This document shows positions 1 through 13,818 of a stretch of DNA of 64,000 nucleotides, one piece after another (within the stretch, counting starts at the first letter, position 1; each line of letters starts with the position of its first letter). The notes under the pieces were generated by a model. That model was not told the origin of the DNA and did not search any database. It was given only the letters and a program-made list of their open reading frames with translations. Location of the stretch: NCBI GenBank assembly GCA_049278475.1, contig JBAPMF010000004.1:2560-66559 (forward strand). Reading direction: 5' to 3'. This stretch comes from Herbaspirillum sp. GTDB lineage: Bacteria; Pseudomonadota; Gammaproteobacteria; Burkholderiales; Burkholderiaceae_D. Both the position numbers and the translations under genes were made by a program.

Positions 1-2
1 CA

Positions 3-2087
<2,085 letters not shown>

Positions 2088-2088
2088 C

Positions 2089-3087
2089 ATGACCCCAGTC
2101 CCCTCCCCACTACCCCTGATCCTGGTGGTCGATGATGAAGCCAACAACCTGCAATTGCTACGCCAGATACTACAGAACGACTACCGCCTGCTGTTCGCCA
2201 AGGACGGCGCCCGCGCTCTCGAGCTGGCGCACCAGGAAATGCCCGAGCTGGTGCTGCTCGACGTCATGATGCCCGGCATGAGCGGCTACGAAGTGTGCCA
2301 GTCGCTGAAAGCCGATCCAGCCACCGCCAACATCCCGGTGATTTTCATCACCGCCCTCAGCGACACCCATGACGAGGTAGTCGGCTTTGAGGCCGGCGCG
2401 GTCGACTACATCACCAAACCGGTCAGCGCGTCCATCGTGCGGGCTCGCGTGCACACCCATTTGTCACTGGTGCGCATCGAGGAACTGAAACGTACCCGGC
2501 TCGCCATCGTCCAGCGTCTTGGCATCGCGGCGGAGTATAAGGACAACGAAACCGGCCTGCACGTGATCCGCATGAGCCACTACGCCCACATGCTGGGACT
2601 GGCCATCGGTATGGATGCGGACCTGGCCAATGATCTGTTGCACGCGGCACCTATGCACGACGTCGGCAAGATCGGCATTCCGGACAGCATCCTGTGCAAG
2701 CCTGGTCCACTGGATGCTGAAGAATGGGAGATCATGAAAACGCACACGATCATCGGCGGCAACATCATCGGCCAGCATCCACACGGCATGCTGGCGATGG
2801 CATACCAAGTGGCAATGACACATCATGAAAAGTGGGATGGCAGCGGTTATCCGCATGGCCTGTCAGGCACACAGATCCCGCTGGAAGGTCGCATCGCGGC
2901 GATCGCCGATGTGTTCGATGCGCTTACCTCAGCCCGTCCGTATAAAGAGGCATGGCCTGTGGAGCAAGCTGTGCAATATCTGGAGCAGCAGCGTGGCTCC
3001 CACTTTGATCCGGAACTGGTATCACTTTTCCTGGAAAACCTACCGCAAATACTGGAAATGAAGGCACGTTGGGCCGAACCCGGGTAG
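2089..3087 (+). CDS. Response regulator with HD-GYP domain (RpfG-type c-di-GMP phosphodiesterase family)
   Basis: N-terminal receiver ILVVDDEANN...LVLLDVMMPGMSGYEV...ITKP. C-terminal HDVGKIGIPD and HHEKWDGSGYPHGL (HD and GYP signatures). ATG lies 1 nt after the kinase stop codon (TGAcATG). Confidence 0.9.
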   Translation: MTPVPSPLPLILVVDDEANNLQLLRQILQNDYRLLFAKDGARALELAHQEMPELVLLDVMMPGMSGYEVCQSLKADPATANIPVIFITALSDTHDEVVGFEAGAVDYITKPVSASIVRARVHTHLSLVRIEELKRTRLAIVQRLGIAAEYKDNETGLHVIRMSHYAHMLGLAIGMDADLANDLLHAAPMHDVGKIGIPDSILCKPGPLDAEEWEIMKTHTIIGGNIIGQHPHGMLAMAYQVAMTHHEKWDGSGYPHGLSGTQIPLEGRIAAIADVFDALTSARPYKEAWPVEQAVQYLEQQRGSHFDPELVSLFLENLPQILEMKARWAEPG

Positions 3088-3339
3088 ACCATACCGGAAG
3101 CGGGACATTCACGCATCCCCCATGCGGTAATGCTTCAGATGCGATCCTGGGCAGTTTCCAGATTGCGCAGCACGGCGACCAGGTGGCCGCAAAACTATCC
3201 ATTCCGAAATCTGCATGCGATCGGCTCGACCACTTCAAGACCTGCTAGCTCGACCCGGCCAACAAGTAGTCACACTTCACACATTGGCTAAAAGTCGAGC
3301 CGTTGACCATGACCCAGCGTCGAATGGCATCTAAAGCCT

Positions 3340-3707
3340 GCATGTTGCTTTTTCGCTAGATATCAGTCGTTTGTAGACAACAAAACAAAAAAGTATGTTG
3401 ATTTTATATTGCAAAAAATATTGCAATAAATATAATTTTTTTATATTTCTTTACATAAATTTTTCCAAATCAACGATATGCTCGATCTTTTAAAATCTAT
3501 GACCAGTAAGGAATAATAATATATTCCTTGAATTTATTGAATTTGGTTTAATATTTTTGTGGGAATAACACCTACATCATATTGAGATTGATTGCCAACT
3601 AAAAATACCGACAATCACTAATTTCCCGCCCTTCACCACCGCTTCAGAATCGGCTTACTGGCAAGAAAAAATGATTGGTTGTAAATTTATTTCTAATGAG
3701 GATTTAA
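3340..3707 (+). promoter_or_regulatory. AT-rich control region upstream of flhDC (promoter/operator region; -35/-10 not assigned)
   Basis: My hand counts of 60-nt blocks between 3361 and 3600 give about 15-30% G+C, against about 55% in flanking genes. It contains the inverted repeat AAGGAATA-N6-TATTCCTT (3508..3529) and the direct repeat ATATTGCAA at 3406 and 3418. It lies directly upstream of flhD. Confidence 0.5.
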
Positions 3708-4025
3708 ATGAATACCAATGAAATAATGGATGAAATTCGATCTTCAAATCTTGGTTACTTGATGCTGGCTCAGCAAATGATCCGATCTGATAAGGCTACG
3801 GCTATATTTCGTCTAGGTATCAACGACGAAATCGCCGAGCTGATTCAAGGGTTGAACAACGCACAGATCCTCAAACTTGCCGGTACCAATATGATGTTGA
3901 CGCGTTTCCGTTTCGACGATGGCGCTATCCTCAGCATGCTGACCAGTTACAGCAAGGACAAAGGGCTGGCGCAATCTCACGCCGCCATTCTCATGGCTTG
4001 CCAACCAGTCGGACAAATTTCCTGA
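3708..4025 (+). CDS. flhD: Flagellar master regulator subunit FlhD
   Basis: 105 aa. SNLGYLMLAQQMIRSDKATAIFRLGINDEIAELI...ILKLAGTNMMLTRFRFDD is a typical FlhD sequence. flhC follows. Confidence 0.9.
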   Translation: MNTNEIMDEIRSSNLGYLMLAQQMIRSDKATAIFRLGINDEIAELIQGLNNAQILKLAGTNMMLTRFRFDDGAILSMLTSYSKDKGLAQSHAAILMACQPVGQIS

Positions 4026-4156
4026 TTATGTTTCTCGTTTTCTTCGTGATGTGCCAAGGTTGCAGGAGCACATCCAGGGAGAATGATTCGGCGCTGCCAG
4101 TCCAAAGTCGAACGCATAGATCGGTCAACTTGTAGTGAAAAATATCGGGGGAATTC

Positions 4157-4738
4157 ATGGCCAAGAAAAGCGTGATTACAGAGGCGCAAGAAATTCTGTT
4201 AGCCATTGAGCTGATCAATCTAGGGGCGCGCCTCCAATTGCTGGAATCAGAAACATCCTTGTCACGCGAACGCCTGCTCAAGCTTTATAAAGAGATCAGA
4301 GGCGTTTCACCACCTAAAGGCATGCTGCCTTTTTCGACGGATTGGTTCATCACCTGGCAACCCAATATTCATTCTTCCCTGTTCATCAACATTCATAAAT
4401 ATCTGGTCGAATATGCAAAAATTTCCGGTATAGAAGCTGTCATGAAGGCTTATAAACTCTACCTGGAACAGGTCAACTACGTTGTCGAAAGCGATGATTC
4501 AGTCTTGTCACTGACCCGTGCCTGGACCTTGGTACGCTTCTTCGAGAGCAAAATGCTGACGACTATGCCTTGCAGCAAGTGCAATGGTCATTTTGTCGTG
4601 CATCGTCTGGACTTGCACCAGGATTATCTCTGCGGCCTGTGCCACATGCCTTCCCGCGCGGGCAAAACCAAGAAGGCCAAGGATGCCATCGTAGCGCCAT
4701 TGGCTGACGCCTTGCCGATGGTCGCTGCTGTCGCCTGA
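4157..4738 (+). CDS. flhC: Flagellar master regulator subunit FlhC
   Basis: 193 aa. KSVITEAQEILLAIELINLGARLQLLESET...LYKEIRG is a typical FlhC N-terminus. Zn-site cysteines are CSKCNGHF...CGLC. Confidence 0.92.
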   Translation: MAKKSVITEAQEILLAIELINLGARLQLLESETSLSRERLLKLYKEIRGVSPPKGMLPFSTDWFITWQPNIHSSLFINIHKYLVEYAKISGIEAVMKAYKLYLEQVNYVVESDDSVLSLTRAWTLVRFFESKMLTTMPCSKCNGHFVVHRLDLHQDYLCGLCHMPSRAGKTKKAKDAIVAPLADALPMVAAVA

Positions 4739-4807
4739 GTTGAGTTTCTCTCTGCGTTGCCATGAAAAATATGCGACTTTAAGAAAGAGAAAGGCTTGGA
4801 GAGTGGT

Positions 4808-5584
4808 ATGGAGTCGAGGCAGCGCAGACCTTTTCTGCAGACACCCGCTATACAGGCTCTGATCATTTTATGCATCGCCCTGATATTGGCGCTGCTTGCC
4901 GGGCAAGCGATTACGCTTGTCTTCGGTGTCGGCGTGACTTCCATCCCTTTCGCTTTTCTGCATGGTGCACTGGCCGCAGGCATCGCTTATCTGCATCGCA
5001 TGGCATCGTGGTGGGAGCCGATTCTTTTTCTCTTTCCCCCGACTGCGGTACTGGTCAATACGCTGCATTTGCCGCCGGCGCTGTTTTTTGTCATTTTCCT
5101 GTTTTTGCTGTTGTTGTTCTGGTCGACGTTTCGCAGCCAGGTGCCGTTCTATCCATCCGGACGTCCTGTCTGGGATGCCGTAGCTGCGCTGTTGCCGGTC
5201 GAAAGGCCGTTGCAGATCATTGATATCGGCAGCGGCCTTGGCGGCGCGATACTGTATTTGTCGCGCGTGCGCAAGGACTGCCGTTTTGTCGGCATCGAAC
5301 TAGCACCGTTGCCCTGGCTGATAAGTCATGTTCGGGCAATGCTGAGCGGCAGTCGCGGCAATTTTATTCGTGGCGACTATACACAGCTGGATTTTGCCGA
5401 TTATGACGTGATTTTCGCCTATCTGTCCCCAACGGCGATGACCGCGTTGTGGCAAAAAGCACGCACCGAAATGTGTACCGGCACGCTGTTGTTGAGTTAT
5501 GAATTCATCATTGCAGGGGTCGCAGCGGATATTGCTGTGCAACCCCAAAAAAACGGCCCAGTTTTATATGGTTGGCATATGTGA
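4808..5584 (+). CDS. Membrane-anchored class I SAM-dependent methyltransferase (function unknown)
   Basis: The N-terminal ~115 aa are strongly hydrophobic, with about 3-4 predicted TM helices. Next come methyltransferase motif I IIDIGSGLGGAILYL and an acidic post-I residue in VGIELAP. ATG 4808 is preceded by GGAGAG; the ORF track starts at TTG 4796. Confidence 0.6.
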   Translation: MESRQRRPFLQTPAIQALIILCIALILALLAGQAITLVFGVGVTSIPFAFLHGALAAGIAYLHRMASWWEPILFLFPPTAVLVNTLHLPPALFFVIFLFLLLLFWSTFRSQVPFYPSGRPVWDAVAALLPVERPLQIIDIGSGLGGAILYLSRVRKDCRFVGIELAPLPWLISHVRAMLSGSRGNFIRGDYTQLDFADYDVIFAYLSPTAMTALWQKARTEMCTGTLLLSYEFIIAGVAADIAVQPQKNGPVLYGWHM

Positions 5585-5736
5585 AACAAAAAGAGCCGTG
5601 TTACGTTCATCTCGCATGTCGTAATTGAAAATGAAAGCCCTCTTTCAGTCATGTATTCCATCGTTTGTTTGAAAAAATTGTATGTAACCTGATAACTGGT
5701 AAAAACACTGAACGTCACTGAGGCAGGAGCACGCAC

Positions 5737-6597
5737 TTGTTAGTCATCATTGGATATGTGATCGTCGCGGCGTCCGTTTTTGGCGGATTCGTCATGGCCG
5801 GGGGGCATCTCTCAGCCTTGCTTCAGCCCATCGAGCTGCTGATGATCGGTGGTGCGGCAGTTGGCGCTTTTCTGGTCGGCAATAATGGCAAAGCGATCAA
5901 GGCCATACTGAAAACACTACCGTCAGTACTAAAGGGATCGTCCTACAGCAAGGCTCTTTACATGGAGTTGATGTCCTTACTGTTCGAACTTCTCACCAAA
6001 TCACGTAAAGAAGGCTTGATGTCGATCGAAGGCGATATCGAAGGGCCTGAAACCAGTCCGATTTTCAGCAAATATCCTAGTGTTCTCGCCGACCATCACC
6101 TGATCGAATTTCTGACCGACTACCTGCGCATGATGGTGTCGGGGAACACAGATCCGCTCCAGATCGAGAATCTGATGGATAACGAAATCGAAACACATCA
6201 TCACGAGGGGGAGGTTCCAGTACATGCTATTGCCAAGCTAGGTGACGCCATGCCGGCGTTCGGTATCGTCGCAGCGGTGATGGGCGTGGTGCATACGATG
6301 GAGTCGGTGGGTATTCCACCTGCCGAGCTGGGTATGCTGATTGCGCATGCTTTGGTCGGTACCTTCCTCGGCATTCTGTTGGCCTATGGTTTTGTAGGGC
6401 CGCTGTCGACCTTGCTGGAGCAAAAACTCGACGAGTCGTCCAAAATCTATCAATGCGTCAAGATGACCTTGCTTGCCAGTCTGAACGGTTACGCACCTGC
6501 TTTGTCGATCGAGTTCGGCCGCAAGGTTCTGTTTTCGACTGAACGCCCATCCTTCCTGGAGCTGGAAGCACATGTCAAGCAGGCAAAGAACCACTAA
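5737..6597 (+). CDS. motA: Flagellar motor stator protein MotA
   Basis: 286 aa. The N-terminus LVIIGYVIVAASVFGGFVMAGGHL and the C-terminal TM pair with PPAELGMLIAHALVGTFLGILLAYGF are typical MotA. TTG start is preceded by AGGAG. Confidence 0.92.
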   Translation: MLVIIGYVIVAASVFGGFVMAGGHLSALLQPIELLMIGGAAVGAFLVGNNGKAIKAILKTLPSVLKGSSYSKALYMELMSLLFELLTKSRKEGLMSIEGDIEGPETSPIFSKYPSVLADHHLIEFLTDYLRMMVSGNTDPLQIENLMDNEIETHHHEGEVPVHAIAKLGDAMPAFGIVAAVMGVVHTMESVGIPPAELGMLIAHALVGTFLGILLAYGFVGPLSTLLEQKLDESSKIYQCVKMTLLASLNGYAPALSIEFGRKVLFSTERPSFLELEAHVKQAKNH

Positions 6598-6631
6598 TCC
6601 GATACCGATAAGTTATCCGCAGGAGTAAGGC

Positions 6632-7576
6632 ATGGCCGACGAAGGGCTGCGTCCCATTATTGTCAAACGCATCAAAAAAGGTGGGGGTGGTCATCACGGC
6701 GGCGCCTGGAAAATCGCCTACGCCGACTTCGTCACAGCGATGATGGCGTTCTTCCTGCTGATGTGGTTGCTCAGTTCGACTTCCAAAGGAGAGCTTCACG
6801 GTATCGCCGAATTCTTCAAATCCCCCCTCAAGGTAGCAATGACTGGCGGCCAGAACAGCGGTAACTCCAGTGTGGTGTTGCCTGGCGGCGGCGATGATCT
6901 GGTGCGTCAGTCTGGTCAGAGGAACAGCGGCGAGAGCACACGCAATATGCGTACTCGTGTTACCCCGCCGACTCCAACAGAACAGGAAAAAAAGGAACGT
7001 GTACGTTTTGACCGTCTGAAAAAACGCGTCGAAACCGCCATTAACAATAATCCAACGCTCACGCAATTCAAAAATCAACTGCTGATCGACGTCACCACGG
7101 AAGGTTTGCGCATCCAGGTTATCGATGAGAAAAACCGCCCGATGTTTGCGTTGGCCAGTGCGCAATTGCAACCCTATACGCGCGAACTCCTGCATGAAAT
7201 CGGCAAGACGCTCAACGATGTGCCAAACAGGATCAGCCTGTCCGGTCATACCGATGCAAAGCCGTATTCCAGCGGTGAAAAGGGATACAGCAATTGGGAA
7301 CTATCGACCGACCGCGCCAACGCATCGCGCCGTGCCCTAATTGCCGGCGGCATGGAAGAGTCAAAAATACTGCGCGTGGTGGGCTTGTCCTCATCGGTGT
7401 TGCTTGATACAAAAGATCCGTTCAATCCGAGCAACCGTCGCATCAGCATCATCGTCATGAATAAGAAAACAGAGGAAGCAGTGATGAATAACGGACCGAC
7501 GATGGATGTCGAGTCGGATGCCAAAGTCAAGAAAGGTCTGAACGTACCAGAAAAAAATCGAGACAAGCCTGCATAA
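6632..7576 (+). CDS. motB: Flagellar motor stator protein MotB (OmpA-like C-terminal domain)
   Basis: N-terminal HHGGAWKIAYADFVTAMMAFFLLMWLL contains the plug/TM segment with the conserved Asp. The C-terminus is OmpA-like: ISLSGHTDAKPY...NWELSTDRANASRRAL...NRRISIIV. Confidence 0.9.
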   Translation: MADEGLRPIIVKRIKKGGGGHHGGAWKIAYADFVTAMMAFFLLMWLLSSTSKGELHGIAEFFKSPLKVAMTGGQNSGNSSVVLPGGGDDLVRQSGQRNSGESTRNMRTRVTPPTPTEQEKKERVRFDRLKKRVETAINNNPTLTQFKNQLLIDVTTEGLRIQVIDEKNRPMFALASAQLQPYTRELLHEIGKTLNDVPNRISLSGHTDAKPYSSGEKGYSNWELSTDRANASRRALIAGGMEESKILRVVGLSSSVLLDTKDPFNPSNRRISIIVMNKKTEEAVMNNGPTMDVESDAKVKKGLNVPEKNRDKPA

Positions 7577-7628
7577 GCGGACACTCGATCACCCTATAGG
7601 AAAAGCTGGCGGCTTGACAGAATAGTGG

Positions 7629-8846
7629 TTAGTGGAAGTGTTCTATCGAAGTCGATGTATTTTCCGGTATTTCCGCATGCACCAGATCGCCGTCAGGTGC
7701 CGGAAACAAGGGTACGCCGCAATCGTCGCAAAATTCCATCGCATAGCGTTCTTCATGCAGCTTGATATGCACAATCCCGCATTCGCGCAAAACCTCCAGC
7801 ATTTCTTCCATCGGCGTTTTGACGCCAGCCAGATTGTGAATCTCGTCGCCGTCTTCCTGCTCGTATAGCGGCCACACAATGCCATAGACGATGCCATCGT
7901 CGTCACCCAGGCTAAAACCAATACGGTACTCATCGATCTGACCGCTGATGTTTTCACAGAAACTGCCGATGTTGGCATGCAGCTCCGACGATACCAGGCC
8001 CAGCGACTGGGTCAGGTAGTAATCGGCAGCACGAATTGCTGCAGGACGAATACGTTTATCGGCTTCGCGGCAAGCGAAATAGTAGGGCTGCGGTAACAGC
8101 AGTTCAACATTGCATCCTGGCAGAAAACGCGTGAATAAAGGTGTCGCCTGGGTCGTCCAGGCTTGCAGCGCAGCGTTTTTTCCATGGGCCACCGGTGTTT
8201 GTTCATCCATTTGCCAACGAAATATCGGCGCGCCTGACGGCACTGCCACGGCAGCAATCAGGTAGCGCGTGTCGGCCAAAAAGGGCGCTGTCGGCGCCTG
8301 CTCCAGCGCGAGCTGCGGCTGGCTTTGCTCGAGAGCCGCCTGGCCCATGCGCTGGGTCAGTGCGAAGACGTCGGTGTGATGGCGTGGCAGCTGCTCGATG
8401 GCATACAGCGTTGGCGCCACCGCCAGATGGACGTTGCTGGCCAGAATATGGGCGTGCAGATGGGCAAACAAGCCATTGCACACGTCAGTTGATAAGTTGC
8501 CGGAGGCGATGCTGAAACGGGTCCAGGCCAACACCGGCAAGGCCAGCAACTGCACACTGTAAAGCTGCCCGTCATATTCGGATGCATAGGCTTCGCTATT
8601 GGCCTCCACAGCCTCCACCAGCACATCGTAAGCGGATGGATCAGCGCTGAACAGATAGTCCAACGCAGCGTCAATAATGCCCTGGTGATTGTTTTTCAAT
8701 TGCTTGTTCAACGAGACATCGAGAGAGCGTTTCCAAGCGCTTTCTTCCAGGCGGCTGGTGGCGCTGGCAATCGCCTGTGAAGCATTGACCAATCGCTGAC
8801 TTTCAGCGGACAACCTGGGGATGGAGCGTTTGGCGGGGCGGCGCAT
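7629..8846 (-). CDS. Conserved hypothetical protein (resembles betaproteobacterial DUF2863 family; assignment from memory only)
   Basis: The long ORF 7629..9065 is trimmed to ATG 8846 (MRRPAKRS...), because the upstream 73 codons lie in intergenic-looking DNA. There is no catalytic motif I can name. The C-terminus reads GIVYGIVWPLYEQ...EFCDDCGVPLF. Confidence 0.5.
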   Translation of the reverse strand: MRRPAKRSIPRLSAESQRLVNASQAIASATSRLEESAWKRSLDVSLNKQLKNNHQGIIDAALDYLFSADPSAYDVLVEAVEANSEAYASEYDGQLYSVQLLALPVLAWTRFSIASGNLSTDVCNGLFAHLHAHILASNVHLAVAPTLYAIEQLPRHHTDVFALTQRMGQAALEQSQPQLALEQAPTAPFLADTRYLIAAVAVPSGAPIFRWQMDEQTPVAHGKNAALQAWTTQATPLFTRFLPGCNVELLLPQPYYFACREADKRIRPAAIRAADYYLTQSLGLVSSELHANIGSFCENISGQIDEYRIGFSLGDDDGIVYGIVWPLYEQEDGDEIHNLAGVKTPMEEMLEVLRECGIVHIKLHEERYAMEFCDDCGVPLFPAPDGDLVHAEIPENTSTSIEHFH

Positions 8847-9071
8847 AATGAAAAATAATAACAGGCGAACAGTATAAGACAAAAAAAGGCTATTACCAGA
8901 ACCTGCCTTTCTCAGCACCGTGCAAGCGACTTTCACCGCGCACGGCTCAAGCCTGATAAAAATTGCCGCACAGAAGCCTGTTTTGCAGCGGGTAACCCCA
9001 ATATTATGGATTTTACTATGACAACCAGGGTGAAAGACCGCTAGAGAAGCATGTTTGGCCGACAAGAAATA

Positions 9072-9094
9072 CCGGTCGAATTACTTCGAACCGG
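9072..9094 (-). terminator. Hairpin downstream of acnA (possible intrinsic terminator)
   Basis: CCGGTCGAA-TTAC-TTCGAACCGG forms a 9-bp stem with one bulge. On the minus strand it is followed by the T-rich tract TATTTCTT. Confidence 0.4.
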
Positions 9095-9138
9095 CACTGT
9101 TCGTGTGCTCCACGAAGCGAAAGGGTCAGGCTAGAGTA

Positions 9139-11835
<2,697 letters not shown>

Positions 11836-11938
11836 GGCCTCTTCTCCTTAGATGGCAAGTGGTATGAATGGTTTGTGAATGCCACAAAATAGTGTTTAAC
11901 CGTGTTGAGTGGTGTTGCGCAGCAAATGCAGAACTGCG

Positions 11939-12442
11939 CTACTGTCGAATGACGATGATGTCGGATACGTGTTGCCGGCCCTGGTTTTGTGGAATTGCCA
12001 GCGCTCCTGTCATGACTGATTCGATGTTCCTGCACTCGTTCGCCAGTTGCCGGCCTTTCTTGGAATCCAGCAGGATGCCCTTGGCTGGAATGCCGATCCA
12101 GACCAGGCCGACCTTGCGGTTTTCGAGACGGTTGGCACCGGTAGTAGTGGTAACGCGTGTCAGGCGATGGATACGCTTATTCCAGCGAATCGCAATGTGC
12201 CTGTCGTCAGCATCTTTTTTATAAATGGTCAGTTTCTGGCCCATTTCACAGTGGAAGTCGGTTGAACTGGTGCCGCTGATTTCCGGTTCGCGTTCGTCGT
12301 CTTCAGCATCCGAAGAAAATGGCATTTTTTTTGCTGGCGCAGCAGTTTTGGCAGGCGCTTTCTTTTCCGCAAACACAGGCGCTATGCTGAAGGAGAAAAA
12401 AGCGCTTACCAGTATCAGGGTAAAAAAATCTTTTTTCATCAT
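11939..12442 (-). CDS. Secreted/periplasmic hypothetical protein
   Basis: ORF trimmed to MMKKDFFTLILVSAFFSFSIAPVFA-EKK, a signal-peptide-like N-terminus. A low-complexity AP/K-rich linker follows, then a ~100-aa domain with two Cys. Function not recognisable. Confidence 0.5.
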   Translation of the reverse strand: MMKKDFFTLILVSAFFSFSIAPVFAEKKAPAKTAAPAKKMPFSSDAEDDEREPEISGTSSTDFHCEMGQKLTIYKKDADDRHIAIRWNKRIHRLTRVTTTTGANRLENRKVGLVWIGIPAKGILLDSKKGRQLANECRNIESVMTGALAIPQNQGRQHVSDIIVIRQ

Positions 12443-12581
12443 GCTTCGATCGATATCAATGTTCATGATGACAAACCGGTAACGAGACCGGTTGTCGGGT
12501 GTCTGGGAACAAGACCTGGGTAGGATGCATGAGGACGTATTCAACATGCGCGGCGACATTCCACCGCCGCGCGCTGGTCAA

Positions 12582-13571
12582 TCAGCCGACCAGATGCTTG
12601 ACGCCTTCGCGTTCTTCCAACAATTCCTTGAGCGTAATGTTGATGCGCTCTTGCGAGAACGTATCGATGTCGAGGCCCTGGACGATTTGATATTCACCAT
12701 TCCCGGTCGTCACCGGAAAGCCGAACATAGTACCTTCCGGGATGCCATAAGAACCGTCCGAAGGCACGCCCATGGTAGTCCATTTGCCGTTGGTGCCGAG
12801 GATCCAGTCACGCATGTGGTCGATCGCTGCGTTGGCTGCCGATGCGGCCGAGGACAATCCGCGTGCTTCGATGATGGCGGCGCCGCGCTTGCCGACAGTT
12901 GGCAAGAAAATGTCTGTATTCCAGACCTGGTCGTTGATCAAGTCCTTGACCGGCTTGCCGTTGGCGGTGGCGAAGCGGTAGTCGGCATACATGGTTGGCG
13001 AGTGGTTGCCCCAGACACACAGCTTTTCGATGACCGACACCGGTTGACCGATCCTGGCTGCCACTTGCGACAACGCGCGGTTATGGTCCAGGCGCAGCAT
13101 GGCGGTGAAGTTTCTGGCAGGCAGGTTCGGTGCTGATTTCATGGCAATGTAGGCATTCGTGTTGGCTGGGTTGCCAACCACCAGCACCTTGACGTCACGT
13201 GAAGCAACGGCGTCCAGCGCCTTGCCTTGCGCGGTGAAGATGCGCGCATTGGCTTCCAGCAGATCCCTGCGCTCCATGCCTGGACCGCGTGGGCGGGAGC
13301 CGACCAGCAGGGCGATGTCGATATCCTTGAATGCGGTCATCGGATCACTGTGTGCGGTCATGCTAGCCAGTAATGGGAAGGCGCAGTCATCGAGTTCCAT
13401 CATGATGCCCTTCAGGGCTTTTTGTGCTTTTTCGTCAGGGATTTCCAGCAGTTGCAAAGTCACTGGCTGATCTTTGCCCAGCAGATCGCCGTTAGCGATG
13501 CGGAAAAGAAGAGAGTAACCGATTTGACCTGCGGCGCCGGTAACAGCAACCCGCTTGGTGGCTTTAGCCAT
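12582..13571 (-). CDS. mdh: Malate dehydrogenase (NAD-dependent, LDH-like family 2)
   Basis: ORF trimmed to ATG 13571: [37 protein letters not shown], the canonical Mdh N-terminus. Also IWGNHS-type motif [10 protein letters not shown]. 329 aa. Confidence 0.95.
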   Translation of the reverse strand: MAKATKRVAVTGAAGQIGYSLLFRIANGDLLGKDQPVTLQLLEIPDEKAQKALKGIMMELDDCAFPLLASMTAHSDPMTAFKDIDIALLVGSRPRGPGMERRDLLEANARIFTAQGKALDAVASRDVKVLVVGNPANTNAYIAMKSAPNLPARNFTAMLRLDHNRALSQVAARIGQPVSVIEKLCVWGNHSPTMYADYRFATANGKPVKDLINDQVWNTDIFLPTVGKRGAAIIEARGLSSAASAANAAIDHMRDWILGTNGKWTTMGVPSDGSYGIPEGTMFGFPVTTGNGEYQIVQGLDIDTFSQERINITLKELLEEREGVKHLVG

Positions 13572-13785
13572 GTTGCATCTCCAAAATGGTGATAGAAAAA
13601 AAGCGTTTGCGCTACGATCCGGAATCAGTCCGAACTCCCCAGCCAAACTATCCTGAGACTTCCTGCGAGCATCCCTGAATCTGAAAGTGCCGTCAATGAC
13701 TTCATATTTGATATGCGTTACCCATCGCCGGATAATGCCCGCGAGTGTAGATTCGCCCGGATGCTCTGTCAATCAATATTCTATA

Positions 13786-13797
13786 TCTTATATAAGA
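13786..13797. promoter_or_regulatory. Perfect 12-bp palindrome TCTTATATAAGA in the mdh/gntR divergent promoter region (candidate GntR-family operator)
   Basis: Seen directly in sequence, about 20-60 bp upstream of the regulator start. One flank gives the GTCT half-site common in HutC-subfamily operators. No experimental support. Confidence 0.3.
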
Positions 13798-13818
13798 CAT
13801 CTTATTTGATACTTTTTG

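Noticed and set aside
3088-3300. Possible gene remnant or small gene downstream of the HD-GYP regulator. One frame reads ...ILGSFQIAQHGDQVAAKLSIPKSACDRLDHFKTC.
   Set aside because: It is interrupted by stops in all frames within about 40 codons, has no start/RBS context, and its HTH-like resemblance is too weak to support a pseudogene call.
4048-4074. 7-bp-stem hairpin (GATGTGC-N13-GCACATC) in the 131-bp flhD-flhC spacer as an attenuator
   Set aside because: The stem is short, the loop is large and there is no U-tract. It is plausible but not distinguishable from chance by eye.
5592-5598. AGAGCCG heptamer after the methyltransferase gene as a third copy of the REP-like element
   Set aside because: Identity stops after 7 nt and there is no inverted partner, so this is a chance match.
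5669-5695. Sigma-28 promoter upstream of motA (TTGAAAAA-N11-CCTGATAA)
   Set aside because: Only the -10 half resembles GCCGATAA and the -35 half matches poorly (about 2/8). This is not enough to annotate as a promoter.
7629-9065. Extended N-termini offered by the ORF track. Examples are 7629..9065, 12582..13772, 36637..37458, 39805..40368, 41556..42029, 47021..49195, 52448..53698 and 55923..57002.
   Set aside because: In each case an internal ATG reproduces the canonical family N-terminus or a signal peptide/lipobox, often with a Shine-Dalgarno sequence. The upstream codons fall in intergenic-looking DNA, so I trimmed the starts.
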